Below are positions 15,926 to 24,965 of a DNA stretch of 25,847 nt, piece after piece (positions within the stretch are counted from its first letter, which is position 1; each line of letters starts with the position of its first letter). Where the stretch lies: contig JBAYFW010000001.1 in the NCBI GenBank assembly GCA_041667005.1, positions 1 to 25,847 on the forward strand, written 5' to 3'. The DNA comes from Minisyncoccota bacterium. GTDB lineage: Bacteria > Patescibacteriota > Minisyncoccia > Phycocordibacterales > PALSA-1337. Under the pieces are notes generated by a model. That model had not been told where the DNA came from. It searched no databases and was given only the letters and a program-made list of their open reading frames with translations. The translations under genes were made by a program, and so were the position numbers.

Positions 15926-16684
15926 ATGATCAGAAATACTTTAAAAAAAATTAGCGCCGGGTTCGAGAGAGCTTCCGGCCTCCGCATTATTCCCTCAAAG
16001 AAAAAGCAGGGCCTTTATGGCGCCTGCAAAACCGTCCTGGGTATAAAAGATATCCCGCCCCGGAAACCGGACCCCAAAGAATATTCGACCATCGTCGGCA
16101 AAGGTTCTATTGTTCCCTGCCAGCAAGAGTCATACTTTCTGGCTCTTCGGGAATATGTCCAGGAAAAGGACGTCGTGCTCGATGTCGGCTTCGGCCTCGG
16201 TTATGGCATGAATATCCTTTCTATAAAAGCCGGGGCCATTCACGGTGTCGATATCGACAAAAAAGTCTATGATTACTGCAACGAGACCTTGATCGGCCGA
16301 AATCCGAAGATTGTTAAAATTTCCCTCTATGACGGATACAAGCTTGACTACCCGGACAATTTCTTTGATGTCGTAACCTGTGGCGATGTGATCGAACATG
16401 TTGAAGATTATCATCGTCTGATCAAAGAACTTCTCCGAGTTTCAAAAAGAGGCTTGTTCTTGAATACGCCGAACCGACGGCCCGAATACACCAACGCCGA
16501 CGGCACGCCCAAAAATTATTGGCATCTCCGAGAATGGAATTATGAGGAATTAGACAAAATTATTAAGCAACATGGTAAACCGGACTGGAATTTCATCAAC
16601 GGCCCTTTCGAGGGACCGTTCACAATTTCTAAAGTTCCCAAAGAAAACACTCTAGCCCTTTCACCTTTTATCAGAAAATCCTAA
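15926..16684 (+). CDS. Class I SAM-dependent methyltransferase
   Basis: VLDVGFGLG, GVDID, FDVVTCGDVIEHV, TPNR. Confidence 0.88.
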   Translation: MIRNTLKKISAGFERASGLRIIPSKKKQGLYGACKTVLGIKDIPPRKPDPKEYSTIVGKGSIVPCQQESYFLALREYVQEKDVVLDVGFGLGYGMNILSIKAGAIHGVDIDKKVYDYCNETLIGRNPKIVKISLYDGYKLDYPDNFFDVVTCGDVIEHVEDYHRLIKELLRVSKRGLFLNTPNRRPEYTNADGTPKNYWHLREWNYEELDKIIKQHGKPDWNFINGPFEGPFTISKVPKENTLALSPFIRKS

Positions 16685-16702
16685 GTCGCCAAAATCACCA
16701 TT

Positions 16703-18484
16703 ATGTGCGGAATTTTTGGAGTTGCCGGAAATGATCTCAAAGGATATACCCCGAAAGTAGTCGAGGACGCCTTGACTGCTCTTTCCAAGCGCGGACCCAA
16801 CGACAAAGGCGCCGATCATCTCTCTAATTGCATCCTTGGCCAAACCCGCCTTTCGATCATCGATCTCTCTGGCGGTCATCAACCGATGAAGGATAGCAAA
16901 AAAGACCTAACTATTGCCTTCAACGGTGAAATCTACAACTTTCTCGAGCTCCGTGAGACTCTCCAAAAAAAGGGCTATGTTTTCTCGACGCACTCTGACA
17001 CCGAGGTTATTCTAAAAGCTTACCAGGAATATGGTAACGGGTGTCCGAAATATCTGAACGGAATGTTCGCTTTTGCCATCTGGGACGGCGGAAAGAAGGA
17101 ACTTTTCATGGCTCGCGATCGTTTCGGCAAAAAACCCTTCTATTACGCTTTCGATCACAAAGCCAACCTTCTCATCGCCTCGGAAATAAAAGCGATTTTC
17201 GCGACGGGTCAAATAAAAGGCCTAATTGATTATGGAGCGATCGATAATTATTTAACCTTGATGTACATTCCGCCCTGGAAGACTGTCTACAAGAACATAA
17301 ATGTCCTTCCGCCGGCCACCTCCGCCGTTTTCAAAGAGGGGCGCTTGTCTATAGAGAAGTACTGGCGGCTGGAGAAGAAGCCCGCATCAATCTCTTACTC
17401 GGAAGCCAAAGAAAAGGTCAGGGAACTTTTAACGGAAGCGGTCAAGAAAAGAATGATTGCCGATGTCGAAATCGGCTCCTTCCTTTCCGGCGGCGTCGAC
17501 TCAACCTTGGTCACGGCCATTGCCCAGAGTTTTTCCAAGACACCCATTAAGACCTTCTCCGTCGGCTACGAAGACTATATCAACGAACTGCCTTTTGCCG
17601 CGGAAGCCGCATCCAAGATTGGCACGGACCACAATACCCTTCAAGCTAAAGATGATATGGTAGCCGAATTGGAAAAGACTTTGGCCTATTTTGATGAACC
17701 GCACGCCGATTCTTCTGATTTTCCCCAGTACTTGCTTTCCAAATTCACCGCCTCCAAGGTCCGGGTTGCTCTTTGTGGCGACGGTGCCGACGAGCTTTTC
17801 CTCGGCTACGGCTGGTACATGCGGCACAAAAATCTTTCCTATCGAGCCCATTTCTTTGAAAAAGTTTTCCTGAGCCCGTTTAAAGGGTACCTCCAAGCAA
17901 CGCAGATCTTCAGCTCTCAAGAACGAACTCGACTCTGGAAAGATTCTTCTTATAAAAAGAATGATATTATCTCGGAAGAAGTCTTAACTTCTGATCTTGA
18001 CTCAGCGAAAAAAATAAACCTTTTCGATCTGACGACATATCTGCCCGGACAGCTTCTGGTCAAAGCTGACCGGATGGGCATGATGAATTCCCTGGAAGTC
18101 CGCTCGCCTTTCTTGGACCACCATTTGGCCGAATTTGTTTATAGTTTGCCGGATGATTATAAGACAAACCAAACGACCTACAAGCGAATCTTGAAAGATC
18201 TCTTGGGTGAAATCATGCCTCCGGAATTCGTTCATCGCCGCAAACAGGGCTTCGGCGCGCCGGTTAAGAAATGGTTGCGCCAGAAGACTTTCAAAGACGA
18301 GATCTATTCAAAGCTCTATAATACGGAAGCTGACATTTTCTCCATATTCAAAGAACGAACCATAAAAGCCATGATTGATGATTTCTACAACAATAACAAC
18401 GACCGCTACAATTACAAGATATGGGTTCTTTATTGCCTTGAACTCTGGTTCAATAGCCATAAGTCATATTTCGCTTCCAAATGA
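16703..18484 (+). CDS. asnB: Asparagine synthase (glutamine-hydrolysing)-like amidotransferase, glycan-cluster type
   Basis: MCGIFG (Ntn Cys), RGP, RLSIIDL, FNGEIYN, RDRFGKKP, LSGGVDS, GDGADE, EVRSPFLD, KQGF. Confidence 0.93.
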   Translation: MCGIFGVAGNDLKGYTPKVVEDALTALSKRGPNDKGADHLSNCILGQTRLSIIDLSGGHQPMKDSKKDLTIAFNGEIYNFLELRETLQKKGYVFSTHSDTEVILKAYQEYGNGCPKYLNGMFAFAIWDGGKKELFMARDRFGKKPFYYAFDHKANLLIASEIKAIFATGQIKGLIDYGAIDNYLTLMYIPPWKTVYKNINVLPPATSAVFKEGRLSIEKYWRLEKKPASISYSEAKEKVRELLTEAVKKRMIADVEIGSFLSGGVDSTLVTAIAQSFSKTPIKTFSVGYEDYINELPFAAEAASKIGTDHNTLQAKDDMVAELEKTLAYFDEPHADSSDFPQYLLSKFTASKVRVALCGDGADELFLGYGWYMRHKNLSYRAHFFEKVFLSPFKGYLQATQIFSSQERTRLWKDSSYKKNDIISEEVLTSDLDSAKKINLFDLTTYLPGQLLVKADRMGMMNSLEVRSPFLDHHLAEFVYSLPDDYKTNQTTYKRILKDLLGEIMPPEFVHRRKQGFGAPVKKWLRQKTFKDEIYSKLYNTEADIFSIFKERTIKAMIDDFYNNNNDRYNYKIWVLYCLELWFNSHKSYFASK

Positions 18485-19011
18485 AAAATTTCCTCAACAA
18501 TTTGCTAAGAAAGATCGGGTACGAGATATCCCGGTTCGACTCGTCTCGATACAATTTTCGGGACGAACTCAAAACCTTTCTGACAAAAGAAGTTGTCGGA
18601 AGCAAGATTTTAGATATCGGCTCGGCCCAATGGAATTACCCAAAAGATCATTTCAAGGGCATCACGACCCTTGACCTGCAAGCGCCGGCTGATGTTATAG
18701 GCAGTGTGATGAAAATGCCCTTTAAAGACGGCAGCTTTGATTGCGTTATTTGCCTGGAAACTTTAGAGCATGTCGAGAATCCCCTAAAGGCTATGGAAGA
18801 AATCCATCGGGTTCTTAAATCAGGCGGTAAGTTCGTGGGCTCTACCCCTTTTGATTACGAACTGCACGGCGAGGAATACGGCGATTATTGGCGTTTTACT
18901 CGGCAAGGCTGGTCAAAAATACTTTTAAAGAACTTCAGAGAAGCCACCGTCCGTCCTTTCGCCGGAAAAGAGCTTTTTCCAGGCTGGTATTTCGTCACGG
19001 CTATCAAATAA
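18481..19011 (+). CDS. Class I SAM-dependent methyltransferase (type 11-like)
   Basis: ILDIGS, MPFKDGSFDCVICLETLEHV, RVLKSGG, DYWRFT; ATGA overlap with asnB. Confidence 0.88.
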   Translation: MKNFLNNLLRKIGYEISRFDSSRYNFRDELKTFLTKEVVGSKILDIGSAQWNYPKDHFKGITTLDLQAPADVIGSVMKMPFKDGSFDCVICLETLEHVENPLKAMEEIHRVLKSGGKFVGSTPFDYELHGEEYGDYWRFTRQGWSKILLKNFREATVRPFAGKELFPGWYFVTAIK

Positions 19012-19012
19012 A

Positions 19013-19984
19013 ATGAACAACCAAGAAACAAAGCAGAAAGACGTCCCGAAGGCAGTGCCTGCGGTCGCCTTCATCATCTTTAACCGGCCCGACTACACCC
19101 AAAAAGTCTTTGACCAAATCAGGACTGCCCGTCCGAAAAAACTTTTCGTCATCGCCGACGGGCCGAGAAATCCGGCGGAAGCTTTACTCTGCAAAGAGAC
19201 TCGAGCAATCATTGACGGAGTCGACTGGGATTGCCAGGTACAGAAAAATTATTCCGTGATTAATCTCGGCTTAAAGAAAAGGATTTCATCTGGGCTCGAT
19301 TGGTTTTTTGAAAATGTGAAGGAAGGCATCATCCTCGAGGACGACTGTCTGCCTCATCCCTCCTTCTTTAGGTTTGCAGCCGAGATGCTGGAAAAATACC
19401 AGCACGACGAGCGAATCATGATGATTTCCGGCGATAATTTTCTTCCCGATCTCCAGATTGAAGACGGTTATCTTTTTTCCAGATTCTTCTCAATCTGGGG
19501 CTGGGCTACCTGGCGGCGGGCTTGGAAAAAATACGATGTCCACATGGAAAGCTGGGCAAATCCGGAAAACAAAGAATTGATCAAAAAAACTTTCTCCCAA
19601 AAGTATATGGCCGAAATCATGATCAGGGATTTCGATCGCGCCTATCTGGGCCAGGCTTCAACCTGGGATATTCAATGGGCTTACGCCTGCCTCATGAGCG
19701 GCGGATATTGCATCGTGCCTAAGGTAAATCTCGTTTCCAATATCGGACTTTCCGGCACCCATTCCGAAGGCGGTAACCAGAACCGGCCAACTTTTCATCT
19801 TTATGAAGAATATTTGATTTATCCGGAAGAGATAGTCCACAATACCGACTATGACGAAACTCTTTACGAACGCGATTTCAAGCCCAAATCGCAGAATATC
19901 TTCCAGCGCTTCCGCTTGAAAATCGTCGCTTTTGTGGCCAAGTCGGATAATGCCAAGCGGGTTTACCGGTCGTTGTTTCGATAA
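19013..19984 (+). CDS. GT-A fold glycosyltransferase (GT2-like)
   Basis: FNRP, IADGPR, IILEDDCLP, WGWATWRRAW, WDIQW, NLVSNIG. Confidence 0.85.
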   Translation: MNNQETKQKDVPKAVPAVAFIIFNRPDYTQKVFDQIRTARPKKLFVIADGPRNPAEALLCKETRAIIDGVDWDCQVQKNYSVINLGLKKRISSGLDWFFENVKEGIILEDDCLPHPSFFRFAAEMLEKYQHDERIMMISGDNFLPDLQIEDGYLFSRFFSIWGWATWRRAWKKYDVHMESWANPENKELIKKTFSQKYMAEIMIRDFDRAYLGQASTWDIQWAYACLMSGGYCIVPKVNLVSNIGLSGTHSEGGNQNRPTFHLYEEYLIYPEEIVHNTDYDETLYERDFKPKSQNIFQRFRLKIVAFVAKSDNAKRVYRSLFR

Positions 19985-20044
19985 TAGCCAGAAGACCTGA
20001 CTCGTCAAAATAGAAATATCGTGATAAAGTGGCCTCAAATAAAT

Positions 20045-20956
20045 ATGAAAAAAACATTAGGGAAATTGAAGGATAAAATCTGGTATTATCTCAATTTCGA
20101 CAACCGAATCAGGGCAGTCGAAAGGCTGATCGTCCGCGAATCGAATTCCCAAAAAATGCTCTTGGGCCAAATCCTGGTCGACAACCTTCTAAAAAAGGGC
20201 GACTTAGACGACATCCGTGAGGCCGAGTTCAAAGTCTTTTCCCAGTGGGGCGACGACGGAATAATCCAATATCTCATCAATAAAATAGAAACACCGAAAA
20301 CTTTCGTCGATATCGGCGGTGGCACTTACACGCAACCTGATACGCGGTTCTTGTTGGAGCACGATAACTGGTCCGGCCTGGCCATCGACGCCTCGCCGGT
20401 CGATTCATTGAGAAATAGTGATCTTTACCCAGTCTACGATATCACGGCCAAACAAGCTTTCGTTACGGTCGAAAATGTTAACGAATTGATCACTTTCAAG
20501 GAAGTCGGTCTTCTCAATATCGACATCGATGGCAATGATTACTGGGTCTGGAAATCCATCAAGATCAATCCAGTGATCGTCATAATCGAATACAACACTT
20601 ATTTCGGATTAAGACCGATCGCTATCACCTATAACAAGGATTTCAGGCGAACAGAAGCCCATCACAGTTCCATGTACTTCGGAGCTTCTTTGACCTCTAT
20701 GTGCGATTTGGCGGAAAAGAAAGGTTACGCTTTTATTGGTTCCAATAATAACGGGGGCAACGCCTACTTCGTGAGAAAAGATAAGCTCGGAAATTTGAAG
20801 GTTCTGACTCCGGAACAAGGTTTTATAGCCACAAAATCTAGAGAACACCGGGATAGAAAAGGCAATCTAACTTTCACCGCCCCGGAAAAAGCCAAAGAAA
20901 GCATGAAAGGAATGCCGGTCTTCAATACCCGGACTAATACAATCGAAAAGTTCTAG
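20045..20956 (+). CDS. FkbM-like putative methyltransferase
   Basis: FSQWGDDGIIQYL, FVDIGGG, LLNIDIDGNDYWVW, IIEYN, GNAYFV. Start placed at ATG 20045; the GTG at 20021 overlaps a TGA-TAAAGT -10-like element. Confidence 0.65.
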   Translation: MKKTLGKLKDKIWYYLNFDNRIRAVERLIVRESNSQKMLLGQILVDNLLKKGDLDDIREAEFKVFSQWGDDGIIQYLINKIETPKTFVDIGGGTYTQPDTRFLLEHDNWSGLAIDASPVDSLRNSDLYPVYDITAKQAFVTVENVNELITFKEVGLLNIDIDGNDYWVWKSIKINPVIVIIEYNTYFGLRPIAITYNKDFRRTEAHHSSMYFGASLTSMCDLAEKKGYAFIGSNNNGGNAYFVRKDKLGNLKVLTPEQGFIATKSREHRDRKGNLTFTAPEKAKESMKGMPVFNTRTNTIEKF

Positions 20957-20985
20957 CTTAGGCTCGGTCTTTGCCGATTTTTCTT

Positions 20986-22134
20986 ATGATCATATCTAAA
21001 ATTTTACGGTCGTATAAAAACAAAATCACCAACAAGATAAATGGAGTCGTTCATATGCCGGCTCAAGGAAAAAAGAAAGGGTCTGTCCTGCTCTCGTACA
21101 TCACAGAACCTTTTACGAAACTACCCTGGCAAAGTCTCTCCAATCGTCATACCAATTACTGGGAATGTTTGGAAATCGCCCGTCTATTTTCGGCCCGCGG
21201 CTACGCCGTAGATGTTATCAATTGGGATAACAGTAAGTTCATTCCGAAAAAGAAATATGCCGTTTGCGTCGATGTTCAAAACAATCTCGAACGCCTGTCG
21301 AAATATCTCCCCAAAGAATGCAAAAAAGTGGCTCACATAGTGAGCTCGGCGGCTTCTTTCCAGAACACGGCTGAAAAAACAAGGCTTCAAGAATTAAAGA
21401 AACGAAGAGGGGTAGAGCTGATTACTCAGAGACAAGTTGGAATTTCAAACAATGTCCATGTAGCGAACTTTTTGGAAGGCTTCGGCAACAAGACTGTCTG
21501 GGCCAGCTATGGAAATCTAGACAAGCCCATCTTCCCCATACCCATTTCCTCAGTCAAAATTTTTGACTTTCCGGAAAATATAAACTTCGAAGCGGCTTCT
21601 AAAAATTTCCTTTGGTTGGGCGGTGGCGGAGCGGTTCTCAAAGGACTGGATCTGGTTCTTGAAGCTTTTGCCCAAAACCCAGATTTAACCCTTCACATCT
21701 GCGGACCGGTTCAAGCCGAGAAGGATTTCTGTCAAGCTTACAATAAAGAATTATTTGAAACAGCCAATATTCATTTACACGGCCGAATCGACGTTACTTC
21801 AGACCTATTCAAGGAACTTTCCCTCACATGCGGCGCTTTGATTTACCCAGCTTTCTCAGAAGGAACATCGGGCGCGGTCGTTCAAGCTATGCAAGCGGGA
21901 ATTGTTCCCATAATTACTCCTCAAACGGGGATATACGAAGAGGCTCCAGCAATCATCATCACCGAACCAACCGTTGAATCGGTAACCAAAGCCGTTAAGG
22001 ATTTTTCTCTATTGTCACCGGAGCGCATTGAGACAGTCTCTCGAAATGTTTGGAAATACGCCCAAGCACACTATACCCGAGAGGAATTTAGCAAAGCTTA
22101 CGGACATTTCATAGATGATATACTTAAAATATGA
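20986..22134 (+). CDS. GT-B fold glycosyltransferase (GT4-like)
   Basis: KGLDLVLEAF, LHICG, PAFSEGTSGAVVQAMQAG. Start placed at ATG 20986. Confidence 0.8.
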   Translation: MIISKILRSYKNKITNKINGVVHMPAQGKKKGSVLLSYITEPFTKLPWQSLSNRHTNYWECLEIARLFSARGYAVDVINWDNSKFIPKKKYAVCVDVQNNLERLSKYLPKECKKVAHIVSSAASFQNTAEKTRLQELKKRRGVELITQRQVGISNNVHVANFLEGFGNKTVWASYGNLDKPIFPIPISSVKIFDFPENINFEAASKNFLWLGGGGAVLKGLDLVLEAFAQNPDLTLHICGPVQAEKDFCQAYNKELFETANIHLHGRIDVTSDLFKELSLTCGALIYPAFSEGTSGAVVQAMQAGIVPIITPQTGIYEEAPAIIITEPTVESVTKAVKDFSLLSPERIETVSRNVWKYAQAHYTREEFSKAYGHFIDDILKI

Positions 22135-22955
22135 GCAACCCTTTGATTTCGGTCATTATGCCGGCCCACAATTCGGCTCAATCTATCAAAACAGCCATTG
22201 ATTCTATTATTGCTCAAACTTACAGGAATCTTGAGATCATTGTGGTCGACGACTTCAGCACTGACAACACGAAAGATGTTATTCTGGGGCTAACCAAGAT
22301 CGACCCAAGAATCCATTACTACGCCCTCACGGAAGATGACCCTGATCGTTTCGATCCCAAACTTCAAAGAAACATTAACGCCGGCTACTCGGCTCGGAAT
22401 TTCGGCTTCACTCAATGTCACGGGGAGCTTATAACTTTCCAAGATGCCGATGACGCTTCCCTCTTGAATCGCCTTGAAATACAGCTTGGTTTGCTGGAGA
22501 AATATAAAGCCACTCATATCTGCACCACGACGGCCTCTTTTGATGAGAAAAAACTGGGTACGACATTCGATTTGAAAAAGCATCCTGATGCCGGCAAGCT
22601 TATAGCCGACCCGCAAGAATTATATAGATTATCCCAAAAAACCAAAGGTTTGGTAGCCAAGATTTCCCCGGCCTTGAACTCTCGAATACCGTTTCATTTT
22701 AAGCGTTTGAAAATCCTCAACAAACTTTTCTTTGGCTCCCTAGCCCCTTATCCCGGTGCTGGCAACAGTCCCCTTTTCAAGCGAGAGGTTATTGATAAGG
22801 TTTCATTTCGAAAGCTCTCTAACCGCATCTGGCCATCCTTTATGGGTCGCGGCGCCGACCGTGATTTCAACTTCCAAGTGGCGGAAACCTTTAAGAATAG
22901 TTATGTTTTTGATTTTCAACTTTATATGTGGAGCCGAGAGGTGGTTGTGAAATAG
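22131..22955 (+). CDS. GT2 family glycosyltransferase
   Basis: ISVIMPAHN, QTYRNLEIIVVDDFSTD, ARNFG, FQDADD; ATGA overlap with the upstream gene. Confidence 0.9.
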   Translation: MSNPLISVIMPAHNSAQSIKTAIDSIIAQTYRNLEIIVVDDFSTDNTKDVILGLTKIDPRIHYYALTEDDPDRFDPKLQRNINAGYSARNFGFTQCHGELITFQDADDASLLNRLEIQLGLLEKYKATHICTTTASFDEKKLGTTFDLKKHPDAGKLIADPQELYRLSQKTKGLVAKISPALNSRIPFHFKRLKILNKLFFGSLAPYPGAGNSPLFKREVIDKVSFRKLSNRIWPSFMGRGADRDFNFQVAETFKNSYVFDFQLYMWSREVVVK

Positions 22956-22956
22956 G

Positions 22957-22989
22957 AAAACCGCACCCCCAAAAGAGTGGTGCGGCTTT
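22957..22989. terminator. Probable bidirectional intrinsic terminator between convergent genes
   Basis: AAAA-CCGCACC-(11 nt)-GGTGCGG-CTTT. Confidence 0.65.
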
Positions 22990-23009
22990 ATGAATTCGCG
23001 AACAACCGA

Positions 23010-23801
23010 TTAGGACTTGAGCGACACGGTCCCCGAAAGGGCGCCGTGGTCACTCACACTGAAGGTTACTTGAACATCGGAGACCTGGTAGGCATCTCCG
23101 AAGCCGAGAAAGTAGTCAGAGACCACTTCTACTCTCCCTTTAAGGGGGTGCAAATCGGGGTCTAAGGTATTATTGATTCTGGCGGGAACACAGTCTTGAA
23201 GACCTTTCGCAGTCAGCATTTCGTAAATCTCGCCCCCGCGTCCGGCGTTGAGATCCCCGGCCAGCACCATCGGTCCCTGTCCGACGGCGATCTGTGCGAA
23301 CCGCATCATACTCTCCTTCTGGTGATCATCCGTCTTTCCACCCGGCACCCAAGTGCCGTGGGTGGTGCCAATCTTGAAGATCTCACCACCAAGCTCGATC
23401 TCAACAAAGAGAGCTAAGCGGCTCTCCGTGGCCCGGACGAGGGCCAGGTCGTGATTCCGGCTGTTTCCTTCGGCATCAACTTCGACACCTTGGAGGTCGT
23501 GGACCGGCAGGACACTGCCCACATAGGCGTGGGCCGAAATGGCCTGGAACGGGAACCGGGAAAAGATCCCGATTCCCACCGGCTCCCGATGACCACCGGC
23601 AACCAGATGCCGGCACATCGGGACGAAATGCCTGGTCGGATATGCTCCAACCAAAGCTCCCAAATGCCGTTCCTGAACATCCTGGAGACAGAGTACATCT
23701 GCATCACATGTGTTCAGGAACTCAACAGTACGGTCGAGGTGTTTCAATCCTCGACCGACATTGAGTGTCACAACCCTGAGGGTTGGGCTAATTTTACCCA
23801 T
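23010..23801 (-). CDS. Endonuclease/exonuclease/phosphatase (EEP) family protein
   Basis: VVTLNV, DVLCLQDV, SRFP, THG, LAGDLN, SDY, SDH. Confidence 0.88.
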   Translation of the reverse strand: MGKISPTLRVVTLNVGRGLKHLDRTVEFLNTCDADVLCLQDVQERHLGALVGAYPTRHFVPMCRHLVAGGHREPVGIGIFSRFPFQAISAHAYVGSVLPVHDLQGVEVDAEGNSRNHDLALVRATESRLALFVEIELGGEIFKIGTTHGTWVPGGKTDDHQKESMMRFAQIAVGQGPMVLAGDLNAGRGGEIYEMLTAKGLQDCVPARINNTLDPDLHPLKGRVEVVSDYFLGFGDAYQVSDVQVTFSVSDHGALSGTVSLKS

Positions 23802-23840
23802 TTAAGGCCCCTTTCTTTGTTTTTTCTCTATTTCAATCTA

Positions 23841-23863
23841 GAATTGGCCTCCTCAGCCAATTC
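23841..23863 (-). other. Hairpin in the EEP gene leader
   Basis: 8-bp perfect stem GAATTGGC/GCCAATTC with a 7-nt loop. Confidence 0.5.
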
Positions 23864-23876
23864 CCTTCTGGTCAGA

Positions 23877-23943
23877 ACAATAGCACACATGTATTTAATA
23901 AGTCAAATATTATCTTGACTTATACAGTTCACTATGCTACCGT
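23877..23943. promoter_or_regulatory. Back-to-back symmetric sigma70 promoters
   Basis: Plus strand: TTGACT (23915-23920), 17 bp, TACCGT with TGC. Minus strand: TTGACT (23906-23901), 18 bp, TATTGT with TGC. Together they make a 9-bp inverted repeat ATAAGTCAA-N8-TTGACTTAT. Confidence 0.6.
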
Positions 23944-24030
23944 TTTCACAAAGCTCTTCACAGACAGCCAAGATCCACTCGCTTGAATGAGGGGGATCTT
24001 TCAATCAAACATCAAACAAAAGGGACGGAA

Positions 24031-24447
24031 ATGAACTTGAACAGTATCGCCCTGGCCATCACTTTGGCCCTAATCATGGGCTCGTGGCCCATCTTCGGGA
24101 AGTTCGCGGGCGCGACGGCCGCCTGGACGTTCCTCGTGGTCAATGTCGGGACGATCACGACGGGAACTATATTGTTTGGAAACAGGCTAGTTTCCGAGCC
24201 CTGCACGAACCGCACATGGGCGATCTTATTGACGGTAGGGATCGTAAACGGTATCGCCTGTTACTTTTCAGTCAAGGAATGCCTGAAGGTTACGGTCAAC
24301 ACCGGCCTATTCTTGACAGTAATCGCAGTAGCGTCTTGCGTCTTCGGACCAGTCATTAACCTGGTCCTCAACCACGAGACATTGACTCTCAAGCAGGTCT
24401 GCGGGATCTGCCTAGCGGGTCTATCGATCTGGCTCTTGAAAAAGTAG
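24031..24447 (+). CDS. Single-repeat EamA/DMT-like small membrane transporter
   Basis: About 4-5 TM helices; C-terminal VLNHETLTLKQVCGICLA pattern; purine-rich AGGGA-like RBS before ATG 24031. Confidence 0.7.
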   Translation: MNLNSIALAITLALIMGSWPIFGKFAGATAAWTFLVVNVGTITTGTILFGNRLVSEPCTNRTWAILLTVGIVNGIACYFSVKECLKVTVNTGLFLTVIAVASCVFGPVINLVLNHETLTLKQVCGICLAGLSIWLLKK

Positions 24448-24462
24448 CCGACCGCTTGACCG

Positions 24463-24492
24463 AACGCTCCGATGAAGATCGGAGCGTTTTTT
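24463..24492 (+). terminator. Intrinsic terminator
   Basis: AACGCTCCGAT-GAAG-ATCGGAGCGTT-TTTT. Confidence 0.88.
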
Positions 24493-24546
24493 GCTATCAG
24501 AGGCATTTTCACTGGCACTTCTTCTTTTTCGTAGTAGAATACTCAC

Positions 24547-24921
24547 ATGAAAAAAATAAGCATATTAAAGGCCCAGAAGCACCCCAAAGGCTGGGGCGAG
24601 GAAGTTTGGATTATTAATACCGAGAAATACTGCGGCAAGCTTTTGAAGTTCAGAAAGGGCGCCCGGTTCAGCGACCATTTCCATATCGTCAAGGACGAAG
24701 CTTGGTATGTCCTCTCAGGAAAACTCGAACTCCATCATTACAATCTGGCCGACGCCACCAAGATAACGACAACTCTCAAAGAAGGCGCGGTCGTCCATAT
24801 ACCGCCCAACAATCCCCACCAGGTTCAGGCCTTGGAAGATTCTGTTATCATCGAAGTCTCGACCACTCACGACGAAGCCGATTCGTACCGCATAGGCAAA
24901 GGCGACAGTCAGAAGAAATGA
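24547..24921 (+). CDS. Cupin-domain protein (sugar-phosphate isomerase-like)
   Basis: KGWG.E.W, HFH..KDEAWYVLSG, IPPNNPHQ, IIEVST; TAGAAT lies 6 nt upstream of the ATG. Confidence 0.8.
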   Translation: MKKISILKAQKHPKGWGEEVWIINTEKYCGKLLKFRKGARFSDHFHIVKDEAWYVLSGKLELHHYNLADATKITTTLKEGAVVHIPPNNPHQVQALEDSVIIEVSTTHDEADSYRIGKGDSQKK

Positions 24922-24965
24922 TGCGGCGCGCACATTTCGCTTGTTACTGACGACAATCAAATCTT

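Noticed and set aside
23950-24030. Riboswitch upstream of the EamA-like gene
   Set aside because: Only a simple hairpin is visible, with no recognisable guanidine, fluoride, preQ1 or SAM consensus; an Rfam search would be needed.
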